From: Octopus bimaculoides
Lineage: Eukaryota
Direction: 5' to 3'
Length of the DNA stretch: 63,971 nt
Assembly: GCF_001194135.2 (NCBI RefSeq)
Contig: NC_068987.1
Location: 92,012,315-92,076,285, forward strand
The stretch's first letter is position 1, and every line of letters begins with the position of its first letter. This document shows, one piece after another, positions 13,416 to 24,811 of the stretch. A model generated the notes under the pieces. It did not search any database, was not told the origin of the DNA, and worked only from the letters and a program-made list of their open reading frames with translations. The translations under genes and the position numbers were made by a program.

Positions 13416-14042
13416 TCATCAAATTTTATTGTGGGAGCTATATCTTTATATAATTGATATTATAATTTAGAAACTCTTGCACATACACAAAACAGAAGTA
13501 CGCCTATTTACTGATTGTTTTTGTCTATTATTGAACACCATAGACATGCGCATGTACTTAAAGGATGTCTAAAAGAAGAAATAAAAAGTCATACAATTGA
13601 AAATGATTTCACAACGATCGTAGTATATACAGCATGAGTAAAATATTTTGTTCATCTTTATCTGAAAATATATTTATCGCTCTCAAGTTTCTTCATTCTA
13701 TATTTGCACTAGTAATGGTATATCTTGCCGTTGTCATGGAAACAAGTCATAATCAGGAGTAACTGAAATATCTGTGAGCATTGTTCTTAGATTAATTACG
13801 TAGATATGCGTAAACCGTCTTTATACGAGCTATTTCATGAACTGTCTGTTAGTATTTCCTCTAAAAATGCTTCTCTCTTTCTTATTTTTCATTTACGCTA
13901 CATATTTCTCGTCTTAAAACAAACAACCCAAGAATATTGAAGAAATTAAAGAAAGCATAAAATTGCCTTTTTAAGTTATGGTAAATGAAATGAAACGAGG
14001 AATAACTGCATAATCCCTTTAATATAACAAACAATACTCAAG

Positions 14043-14150
14043 TCGGCGAGCTGGTAGCATCTTTAGCATGCCGGATACAATGCTTACCGGCGTTTCGTCC
14101 GTCTTCACGCTCTGAATTCAAATTCCGTCGAAGTCGAATTTGCAATCAAT
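14043..14150 (+). mobile_element. Family-1 SINE 5' fragment
   Basis: GGCGAGCTGGTAGCATC...CTGAATTCAAATTCCGTCGAAGTCGAATTTGC matches the head of the 57.6-kb copies. Confidence 0.7.
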
Positions 14151-15551
14151 AGCAATCAATATATTTTCTCTTATAAGTTGTCCTTGCTATAGTTCTCATA
14201 CTGATTTTAAATCCCAGATACACCGCTAAGCGATTAAGGAGTATTTTCTCTCTCAAAATGATTAATAATGCTATGAATAATGCGTTTCTGGTGAAAATTG
14301 GGGAAGTTCCCCATATTTGTAGTTGCATCATTTCGCACTTCAGAAACAGAGGACACTTCCAGAAGATAGGCACTTCAAGACAGTTGCATTTAAAAGAGAA
14401 GGCATGTGCAGATATTTGAATTTTTAAAAGGAGATTGCTGAGATTTGCTACACAGCCATCTGGACCAACTATTTCAGATCAAGAATTTTGCTGCTGAATT
14501 CTAGATCCTAAATTTTCAGTGGTTGTAAGCATATGGCTAAAGTCCTGTTGCCGAACTGGAAAGTGCCACCTACCCCGGATTTTACTGTCTCGGGGGAAAT
14601 AACTCTAATTATCACCTTTTGTTTCATTTTATTTGCTTTTTTCTGGTTTTTCAACCTTCAACCTTTTATATCTACTTCTTTCTTACTTTTTCTCTCGCTC
14701 TGTCGTTTCATTTTTAGTTCGTTATGGCACGTGGGGAGTGCCTGATGGTTTGTACTAGGACACCAGACGTGTTAAAAAGTATTGTGTGGCATTCTCTCGG
14801 TGGACGAGGCGAATAATTACTCATAAAAACATATACTGTGTTTATTAAATAAAATTTATCACACTTGTGGGAATTTTTGTTGATCTTACCATCACGGAAC
14901 AGTACACTATATATATGCATAATATGTGTGTGTGTGTGTATGTGTGATGTGTGTGTGTATGTGTGATGTGTGTGTGCGTGAAAGCTCGCNNNNNNNNNNT
15001 GTGTGTATGTGTGATGTGTGTGTGCGTGAAAGCTCGCGTGTGTGTATTTATGTATGTATATATAAACATTATCGACCGCGAATATTCGATGTTTGTGTTT
15101 TGTTTGTCCGACGGTTAGCACCTGGGGGAGGACACCCAGGTTACGCTGGGTTTTAAGATATCTCAGAGGAGAGAAATCGTCCTTAATCTCATTCAGAAAA
15201 AAGGAACGAGTCGAATCGACAGTCTTTTACTAAATGTAACTAGTGTAAAAATGACGATGCATACGTACGATTAAATTAAAAGGAGCACCAGTGTTGCAAC
15301 AATTATCGACCTCAAACCATGTCTTTTGATGATTCGACGGTTAACTGCGGATTAGCAAATGTGGGACAACACCTCATTACGCTGATATTAAAGCATCTAA
15401 AAGTAATAGATAGCTGAGACAACTAACCTCCGATCGAATGATGGATACTGATATTTCGCGTTCTAGGGACTTATCTACATCACGTCCCTGAATCAAACCA
15501 CCATATACATATATATATATGGATATGTATGTATGCATAGATACACACACA

Positions 15552-15635
<84 letters not shown>

Positions 15636-15769
15636 NNNNNNNNNNNNNNNNNNNNNNNNNNNNNNNNNNNNNNNNNNNNNNNNNNNNNNNNNNNNNNNNN
15701 NNNNNNNNNNNNNNNNNNNNNNNNNNNNNNNNNNNNNNNNNNNNNNNNNNNNNNNNNNNNNNNNNNNNN

Positions 15770-15851
<82 letters not shown>

Positions 15852-16589
15852 TTCGAAGTATTAGAGGGATGGGCTATTCTGTCCAAGGCACAATGTCAGC
15901 TACAAATATTTTCCACCAACAGCAAGGGGATTAACCCTGCCACTAACTGGTATAACACGTAATGCCGACTGCTTCTACCCGCCATCATGGGCCTATAGAC
16001 TCGAGACTGACGTTTTCACAAATATACATATATCACTCATATCTTTCTTGAGTACTATTTCAATGCTTTGTGCAAAATAATTTGTATTATACGCACACTT
16101 ACACACACACACGGGTGTGTGTAATGTGCATATTATCCGCATTTATATAGTATACGTCGAACAAAATACGCTGTGGTATGTGTTGAAATGCTCCTGTGCA
16201 TTTGTATGTATGTATTAATCTGTTGCCTGTATGTATTCATTTCTGTCAATGTATATATAAATATAAATAGAAGGCTGATGGACTTTTTTGCTGCAGGGCA
16301 ATCAATCGGAGACATTAACGTCATCTAAGACCGAGGTAATTTTGAAATGGTCCTGCAGCTGGTTGCTTTTTTCTATCGCATTATATATAAGAATCTCAAT
16401 CATTATAGCACAGTAACTGCAAATGTGATCGTGTACATGTATATGTATATATGTATATGTCTATATATGTACGTTTATGTGTGCGAATGTAAATGTATAC
16501 ATATATGCTTAAGTATCATTATACATATATGTGTATATATATATATACACATATATATGTATATATAATATATATATATATCTATATGC

Positions 16590-16623
<34 letters not shown>

Positions 16624-17076
16624 TTATATGTATGTGCGTGTGTGTCTATATATGCATATATGTATATATATATACATACATGTATATATATATATACATA
16701 CATACATATATATGAGATTGAGTGTGTTTATTTCGACTTTTGTATCTAAATATCTCTGTCTGTATATTTCTACATCTATTTGTACACATTCGCATATATG
16801 TGTATGTGTGTGTGTGTGTGTGTGTGCGTGCGTGTGTGCATGTGTGTGTGTGTGTTTGTGCGTATGCACACACACACACACACACACACACGCACATATA
16901 TATGTACATGCCATAAATAGGCACAAGGAAAAGTGTTTGAAAGTGAGACGGAAAAGGAAACGGTGAAAATACCATATATACCGATTGCGCAGTGCAACAC
17001 GCATATATATCTATATAGGTATGTATATACGTGTATATATATATATATATATATATATGCACAGACACACACATAA

Positions 17077-17121
<45 letters not shown>

Positions 17122-17327
17122 TGTATTTATTTATACATATATATTTATACGCACTTGTTTTAGCGAACTTCCTACATGTATTCTGTTGCGCTGACCACCT
17201 CTCCCCAAACCTCTCCTCACATCTCCCCGCATCTCTCTTTCTCCACCACTTCCATATATTCTTCCTCACAGATATACACACATATAGAAATGCACAAACA
17301 AGTACTCACACATATATGTGCTTGTAT

Positions 17328-17411
<84 letters not shown>

Positions 17412-18809
17412 ATACACATACGCAGCCCCGCACACACAAACACACACACATTATATATGTATATACAGACATACACGTACGTAGAACCGAAAAATGCAGA
17501 AACGTATCTTTAACAGTTTTGTCTCTTTTATGTGTGTACATATGCCAATCTGTCTCTAAAGGCGGCAGCATTCATACATAAGCTTAATGCTTAATGCTGT
17601 ATTAATCACGAAATAACAGCTACGTGTCAGTTTTCCGCCTGGTAATACGTATGTGCGCATATGTGTGTGCGCGTATGGTATATCTTCCTCTGTGTGTCTG
17701 CATGAGTGTGTTTTTGCAGTACTTCTTATGTTTCTGCTTTGTATTGAGTAACAACTTTCAATGAGCAATATGCTTCATTATATATTCTTATACGCATGTA
17801 GTATTATTTACGATATTAATGTCTTTTACATTTGTTTTTCTTCTTCACACGACGGCGTGCATCTATGGACGCGATATTTACATGTGACCTACCGGGAATT
17901 TATCGAACTACAACATTACTTCAGATCAGAAGGAAGTATTTAACCCTTTTACACTAGGAATTGAGATATATTTTCTTGTAATCAAAGTATAGTTTTCAAT
18001 GTTAGATTCAAAAAATCAGCGTGTGGCCTGAGAATTACGCAAAGAAATCACGCATCATATTCACATATTACTAAAATAGTAACATTCTGCAGGAAAGAGG
18101 CAGTATGGATTCCGAAAATATTTATATCATAAGACAGCGATTTTATTATACGTTTTCTGGTACATCTCAGCTTAAAAAAATAAGAGAAAACAAGACTTCA
18201 AAATATTTGTCTTGAAGCATAAATTACTGATAACAGTTTTTTAAAACTTTGTCAATCTATATGTGGAACAAAGTGGAGATGTCTGTGTTACAGGATTTAA
18301 TTATTTGAAAGAAGGTCTGCTACGAAGCCAATAATAATCGCTCTTCAATCCGTCATTACATTTAGATACAATATGAGCTTGACTTCAATAAAAATCAAAG
18401 TTCTCTCAGTATTGATTACTTACGAAAATATAAGCCTTGTGCATTCATGTCCCTCACTTAGAGAAAGCACATGATACACGTATGTACTCTCTCACATAGT
18501 GACAAGTGTGCGCATACATGTGTGTGTGCATGTGTGTGCGTATGTGTATATGTGTGTGTGTGTGCGTGTATGCGTGTGTGTGTGTGCGTGCGCATGCTCA
18601 TGCGTCTGTATGTATAGATAGACAGGCAGACAGACAGACAGACAGACAGATAGATAGATAGATAGACAGATAAATATTTCAGATTGACAAGTNNNNNNNN
18701 NNNNNNNNNNNNNNNNNNNNNNNNNNNNNNNNNNNNNNNNNNNNNNNNNNNNNNNNNNNNNNNNNNNNNNNNNNNNNNNNNNNNNNNNNNNNNNNNNNNN
18801 NNNNNNNNN

Positions 18810-18910
<101 letters not shown>

Positions 18911-19344
18911 TAGATAGATAGATAGACAGATAAATATTTCAGATTGACAAGTTCTTTAAACACAAAATGCACACACCGACTTGATAGATAAGAAATACAA
19001 TACTTTTACATTCAGGAGAATTAGACAAATATCAAATGTAGACACTAAATATGCCACATGGAAATACAGACCATTCAGCAGAGATTCCTTTGCGAGACAT
19101 GTATATATTTCTGTTATTCTTCATCCCGTCAGCTGCTGTTTAACGAATGAAAGCCACACGTTGTCACTCGATATAAAGCAGTCGTTGGCTTCAAGAGAAT
19201 GGGATAACGAAATTAACCAGGAGACCAAATGTCAATGATACAGAGCGAACAACACACTCGTGCGACGCTTATTCCGGTTCATTGCATACTGAACTATAAA
19301 TCCAGACTTTCACGGACTTTATGGTTTGAAACTTATTACATATG

Positions 19345-20120
19345 CTATAGAAGGAAAGAGTAGCTGATAAATGCATATTCACTGTAGCCAACCAATTCAG
19401 TCTAACAATAATAGCAGAAAGAATTAAACTTCTTAGAAAGTGGTATGAAGATAAACTGAAGGTAATAAAAATTGGAAAGGATGCCAAGCAAAGGACAGAA
19501 GATAACTTGCGGTTAATGGAACTATATGGAACTCTATTGCATATACAATGTCTAGTGCCTGCAGTTCAAATTAGGCTCGATTCTCATCTGGCTTTGGTGA
19601 TGTAGAATATCCAAACTACAATAGTGGAAATGATGAAGGCTAATATTTAGAAATATATGAGAAAATGGCTAGGTATCCTACTTGATGTTTACTGTCCACC
19701 AGTAAAGCTGAAGTTAAGCTTAAAGTCCACCGTGGTGTTGTGTGAGTTCGGAAAGCAAACATGTATATGTTTCAGGATTCAAAACAAAAAGATTGTGGGA
19801 TAAATCGAGTCCTGACTGGGAAACTGGCAGGAAATGGAAGATTGTTGGGACGGGAGATCTAGCAATAGGGAGCCTCAAGTTTTGAGAAATATTAGCATAC
19901 CTGCAATCTAATGATGTGGTGGTCAAAGCAACAAGGAAAACAACGAGTGGTTAAATAACACGTATCCTGAAAGAATCCAGGAGGGAAAGAGATACCCAAG
20001 GATGTCATGGGGAAGTGCAATCCAAAGAATCTCACTTGAAATGAAACATATTTTGGGTTCCTCTTAGTATTAGCATCATCTTCAGATGAGTATATGACTT
20101 CCTGTCCTCGAATACAATTT
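19345..20120 (+). pseudogene. Decayed HERO-like (R2-group) non-LTR retrotransposon ORF relic
   Basis: Manual translation across frames gives ERIKLLRKWY, TIVEMMKANI*KYMRKWLGI, ETGRKWK and R*VYDFLSS, in the order I recall for HERO-clade RT C-terminal regions (LGRWY, RKWLGLP, TGRKWK, SVYD.LPSP). Many stops and frameshifts. Confidence 0.6.
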
Positions 20121-20500
20121 TTTTGTTTCTGTGTCATTCTTGTGAGAGATGTTTGCATATATAATCACGAATAAAAAGCTTTTTGTTTTTGTCATTGATC
20201 GTTCCTAGAATGGACTTCAGCCTACGCAGATAATCTCTTATAAAATATTTAATCAATTTTAGAAATGGTTTCAATAAAATGTAGAAAAAATGTATGAAAG
20301 CAATGGATACGGATTGTTGTCTATGCTATTATTGGTCTCAGTTTCAAATAGTTTTGTCATAGAAATGTAATGCTTATAATTGCGGATCCTTCGCATGCTT
20401 CACTTATCTTGATTTCATCAATTTCACCTGAGCCATAGCAAAGTCTATATTCATATTTACAACTCGTGCGACAATCATATTCGTGGTGCATCATTTGTGA

Positions 20501-20723
20501 GAAGGCACGTGACTTGTTCACCAGGTTACTCGCTTCACGATTGTAAAACCGTGAGTTCGATTACCGGCAGCGCGTTGTGTCCTTCAACAAGACGCTTTAT
20601 TTCACATTATTCCAGACCACTCAGTTGATAAAAATGAGTTGCTCCTGTAACTCAGAAGACCAGCCTTGTCAGAAACTGTGTCAAACTGAATCTCGGGGAA
20701 CTACGTTAATGGTACGCGTGTTT
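20501..20723 (+). mobile_element. tRNA-derived SINE fragment (family 3 head)
   Basis: GAAGGCACGTG...GAGTTCGATTACC B-box and GTTGTGTCCTTCAACAAGACGCTTTATTTCAC, homologous to 21533-21660. Confidence 0.65.
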
Positions 20724-20920
20724 ATTTTTCCGAGTAGTCAGACTTGTTCATCACCACTGTAGTATTTCCCTTGCCCGCCTGAAGTATTATGATGGAATTG
20801 TCATTGTAGTCTTTTGATAGCGAACGTTTCTTCCTTAGTGATGTTTGATTTGGGAAGTTTCCCTTTTTCTAGTACCTGTCTTACTTTTCACCTTAGTTCA
20901 TCTCCCTGAGCTCGGAAAAA

Positions 20921-22510
20921 TTGGCAAGTCTTATAAGTGATGGTAGCTACAGCAAAGTAAAGAAAGATCCAACTCTGAAAACAGAGAGGAAGTTGTCACA
21001 GATCTTGATCAAGAACAAGGATCACTTTACACCAATGAAGTACAAACAACTAACTCAACACTACAGTAAACTACCGCACATGTACGGTCTCCCTAAAATT
21101 CACAAGGATGGTATTCCATTAAAACCCACAGTGAGCTGTAGAGGTTCATCGTGTAATCCACTGAGACGCTTCCTTGTGGATATAATCAGTTCATTAGCAA
21201 GAAAGTCAACATCGTACGTGAAAAATTCCATCCACTTCACAGAATTGATCAAGGATATCCCCATTGAATCCAACCAGATTGTGAGTTAAGATGTGATAAA
21301 TCTCTTCACCAAATTCCCAACTGGTGAAGCACTATCGGTGATACAATAAAAACTAGTGACAGACACCCATCTAAAATAACGCACTAGTATACCAATAAGA
21401 GACATTTTGGAAATGATGACGTTCTGTGTAGAAACTACCTACTTCAGTATGGACACTGATATATATCGACAGAAAAAGAGTTTAGCTATTGGTTCGCCAT
21501 TATCACCGAAAATAGCCAATATATACATGGAATGTGAAGGCGCATGGCTCAGTGGCTAGAGCGTCGAACTTACGATCATGAGGTTGTAAGTTCGAATCCC
21601 GGACCGCGCTGCGTGTTGTGTTCTCGAGGAAGACACTTTATTTCACGTTGCTCCAGTTCAATCAGCTGCAGAAACGAGTTGCGACGTCACAGGTGCCAAG
21701 CTGTATCGGCCCCTTTGCCTTTCCCTTGGATAACACTGGTGGCGTGGAGAGGGGAGGCCGATATGCATGGGCGACTGCTGGTCTCCCATAAACAACCTTG
21801 CCCGGACTTGCGCTTGGGAGGGTAACATTCTAGGTGCAATCCCATGTACAGTCATGACCGGAGGGGGTCTGAGATGAGGATACATTGAATACTTTGAGAA
21901 TTTCGCTTTAGAATCAACACCACTAAAACTAACCCTATAGCTGCGATGTGTTGATGACACCTTTATAGTCTGGCACACCCAGGAAGATGTCCAAGTGCTG
22001 TTAGATTATGTGAACTCAATAAAGCCATCCATACAGTTCACAATGGAAAAGGAAAAAAAAAATCAGCTAGCATTCCTGGACGTATTAATAACACGCACGA
22101 AGTATGGATTTAGGACTCCCATATACCGCAAGCCGACCTTCACTGGACGATATCTTAACTTCAATTCCCACCATCCATACAGTGTAAAGAGAGGGATTTC
22201 TCAGTGCCTAAAACATCGAGCAATGGATATATGTATCGATCGTGATACGTACCACGAAGAAAATATCGAATTCAGTAACAATCTATTAAGCAACAGCTAC
22301 CCCAAAAGTATACTCTCCACTCCAATTATAAAGAAAAGAGAGGATGAAACCGATAAACTGTCCACGGTCTGTCTACTCTATATGAAAGGCCTCTCTGAAA
22401 AGATACAAAGGATATGCGGCCCATATGACATCAAGACAGTATTCAAGAGTAATACAACTTCGCAAATATCTCCTTCGGGTATAACCATCAATAGAAGAGA
22501 ATATGACTAA
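20921..22510 (+). pseudogene. PLE reverse transcriptase, disrupted by stops and a SINE insertion
   Basis: ORF pieces 20921-21289 and 21995-22510 plus intervening frames. Catalytic motif reads CVDD; in-frame stops at 21287 and elsewhere. Confidence 0.9.
21533..21879 (+). mobile_element. Full-length tRNA-derived SINE (family 3) inserted in the PLE RT
   Basis: A box TGGCTCAGTGG, B box GTTCGAATCC. Flanked by ATACATGGAA (21523-21532) and ATACATTGAA (21880-21889). Removing it restores N-I-Y-M-E-Y-F-E. Confidence 0.9.
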
Positions 22511-22868
22511 GAATTGCGTGTACTCCATCCCATGCAGCTGTGGTAGGTTATACAAGGGTGAAATATGCCGCCCCCTCAAAATAAGGGTAGACGAACATCG
22601 CAAAGCTGTGACACGAGGAGATATTGATAAATCGGGTACAACTGATCATGTATGGAAAAATGGGGACCGCCTCTCCCTGTGGGATGAAGTTAAAATAATA
22701 GAGAGAGAGCACCACTGGAAAATACGGAAACTAAAAGAAGCAGCACATATGCTAGGACACAGAAACCTCCTTAGCAGACCGAGTGCAGATATGAGTAATA
22801 TATTGGAACCGGTATTAATGAAGGTTAGGAAAATATTACATTTATTCGCCCTAAAATTCACTCTATAA
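22503..22868 (+). pseudogene. PLE GIY-YIG endonuclease domain (frameshifted from the RT)
   Basis: CVYSIPCSCGRLYKGEICRPLKIRVDEH...DHVW...RKLKEA fits the Penelope-type GIY-YIG domain. Confidence 0.85.
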
Positions 22869-22875
22869 TTGCCCA

Positions 22876-22952
22876 CAGGTATATGGCATAGTGGTTAAGA
22901 GCGCAGGGTACTAACCCCAAAATTCCGAGTTCGATTCCAGGTCAGTGACCTG
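22876..22952 (+). promoter_or_regulatory. tRNA-like segment with Pol III type-2 A and B boxes inside the PLE 3' terminal repeat
   Basis: A box TGGCATAGTGG 22884-22894, B box GAGTTCGATTCC 22927-22938 at tRNA spacing; CAGGT/ACCTG acceptor-like stem; GGG-TACTAA-CCC anticodon-like hairpin. Confidence 0.7.
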
Positions 22953-23012
22953 AATAATAATTACACTGAAAAATACCTTAGGAAGGACAACCCAGGTTCG
23001 AAATTTCACCAA

Positions 23013-23065
23013 GACACCTGATGAAGGCTGAAGGCTGGAGGGTATATAAGCTGAAACGTTGTGTT
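23013..23065 (+). ncRNA. Minimal type I hammerhead motif, degenerate copy
   Basis: GACAC-CTGATGA-A-GGCTG(AAGGCTG duplicated)-gagggtatat-AAGCT-GAAAC-GTT-GTGTT. Stem II is weakened relative to the other copies. Confidence 0.7.
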
Positions 23066-23522
23066 AACAAAATTCAAGATGAGGACGAATATCCGTCAAA
23101 TGTAAATAATTCCTCATCTCTTAAATATACAAAAGATCCATCGCCTTTATTCTTTTCCAATAATTCTTTTCTTTGTTGACGACCGTAATTTTCTACACAA
23201 TTCTGATTGGACTCAATTTATTTGTAAGTAGATCTTTGTGTGTTGAGATATATAAATTTTATTCTTTGTGTATTAAATAGATGTATTGCTAACATCTCAC
23301 TGTTGGGTATTTATGTGTGTTTGGTACCAATGGGCATTTCAAACCTCTGGGCAAGGTTTTAGATGAAGTCGCAGTAGATTTGTTACTTCCATTTGTTAGT
23401 GCTTGTTCCACCCACATTGCAGTTTGAAATGTAATTTTCTTTTTTTTTTATTGTTTAATAATAGTACTTTGAGATTCCATGTTATTTAGAGGACTTTAAA
23501 ATTTATTTCTATAATTTCCCAT

Positions 23523-23883
23523 AAGGGCAGTCATGGCAGTGTGGCAAGAAACTTATTACCCCACTGGGTAATATAGTCGGTAGGTGTTTTCTAGTAGGGC
23601 CTCGGGTCGACCGAAGCCTTGTCACTGGATTTAATAGACGGAAACTGAAGGAAGCTCGCCGTATATATGTATATATATAAATATGTGTGTGTGTGTGTGT
23701 GTGTGTGTGTATTTGGGTGTGTTTCCATACCCGTAACATAGCGATTCATCAAAAGATACCAATGGAATAAGTACCAGGCTTTTAAAAAAAATAAATAGTA
23801 GGATCGATTGGATGGATTAAAACTTCTTCAAGGCAGTGCTCCAGTATGGCCGGTGTCTCATAACAGAATTAAGTAAAATAAAG
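23523..23883 (+). mobile_element. SINE family 2 (internal TA/TG tract)
   Basis: GCCTCGGGTCGACCGAAGCCTTG...AGACGGAAACTGAAGGAAGCTCGCCG-(TA/TG)n-CCCGTAACATAGCG...AATAAGTACCAGGC...GCTCCAGTATGGCC. Confidence 0.75.
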
Positions 23884-24301
23884 AAACAGATGAAAATTAT
23901 ATTTCCAACATATTTGTTGTTTCTGTGTTGTAAAATTTTGAAACTTGTGAGATTTGGTTTCTATTCCTGGACTGCAAAATATTTAAATTAATATTTGAAG
24001 TTGGTCTTCAGCTCTTGTATTTTCCTGAACATTTATAATTTGATCTTCTGAGGTGTTTACGCATTTCTGCATATGTTTGCACATGTTTTGACGAATATAT
24101 ATAGATATACATAAACAAATATATGCATACAATTGGCTCAGAGTTACATAGCTCCAAATGTCTGTATATGAATTTTCTCATTCATGTCTCAGTATAAGGT
24201 TGTTTACATGTTTACAACTCTTACTCGCGTTTTTTTTTTTTTTTTCTGTTTTGGGTATAAAGCTGCAAATTCCCACAGAAATTACAACCTGGGAAGAGAA
24301 G

Positions 24302-24619
24302 TACGAGGGTGAGTGAAAAAGTAATGCCATTTTGTTTAGGACAGGTATAATTACCAACACAGGAACATGTATCATGCATCAAAATGTAGCTGGTCCTCTG
24401 TGGATCACATCTCTAGTTCTCAACATAGTCACCGTTTCTCTCAATAGTAATGTTACACCTTCAAATGAGAGCATGTATACCTGCTCCGTAAAATTCTGTT
24501 GAATGTTGTTTGAGCCACTTCTTCACTATAGTTTTCACTTCCTCATCAGACTATCATCTCTTCGGTCCCATGAAAGAGGGTTTGAGAGGCAAACATTATT
24601 CCAGTGACTCACCCTAGTA
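24302..24619. mobile_element. Non-autonomous mariner derivative with both TIRs and an internal inversion
   Basis: Left TACGAGGGTGAGTGA, right TGACTCACCCTAGTA. Minus strand encodes SDEEVKT..KKWLK..EFYGAGI...RNGDYVEN*; plus strand encodes SDYHLFGPMKEGLRGKHY. Confidence 0.75.
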
Positions 24620-24768
24620 AAATGGCCATCAAGTATCTTTTCTTTTTTTAAATCCTTTTTTCATAAGAAAATATTTTGCTGCATCCATGTTTGTAACGGA
24701 ACAAAAGACTTGAACATCTGCCTTATTTTGGTATGTGTTTAATTAATGTTGTCACACATACACACGTA

Positions 24769-24811
<43 letters not shown>

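Larger units (their letters stand above)
20724..23129 (+). mobile_element. Penelope-like element (RT plus C-terminal GIY-YIG), 5'-inverted, decayed, with 3' terminal repeat
   Basis: RT motifs YGLPKIHKDGIPL, GSPLSP...ANIYME, RCVDDTF, AFLDVLI and YRKPTFTGRYLNF; GIY-YIG motif VYSIPCSCGRLYKGE...RVDEH; hammerhead-bearing terminal repeat. Confidence 0.92.

Noticed and set aside
13730-13743. RFX X-box match GTTGTCATGGAAAC (near-match also at about 56676)
   Set aside because: A rough estimate gives about one such degenerate match by chance in a window this size; there is no promoter evidence.
14300-14312. NF-kB-like site GGGGAAGTTCCCC
   Set aside because: Single isolated short motif, expected by chance.
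14950-15040. Duplicated GTGTGATGTGTGTGTGCGTGAAAGCTCGC around a 10-N gap
   Set aside because: Assembly overlap artefact.
22876-22952. Functional tRNA gene
   Set aside because: Anticodon and acceptor stems are incomplete and it is embedded in a retroelement terminus; treated as tRNA-derived. The same applies to the SINE head at 21533-21610.
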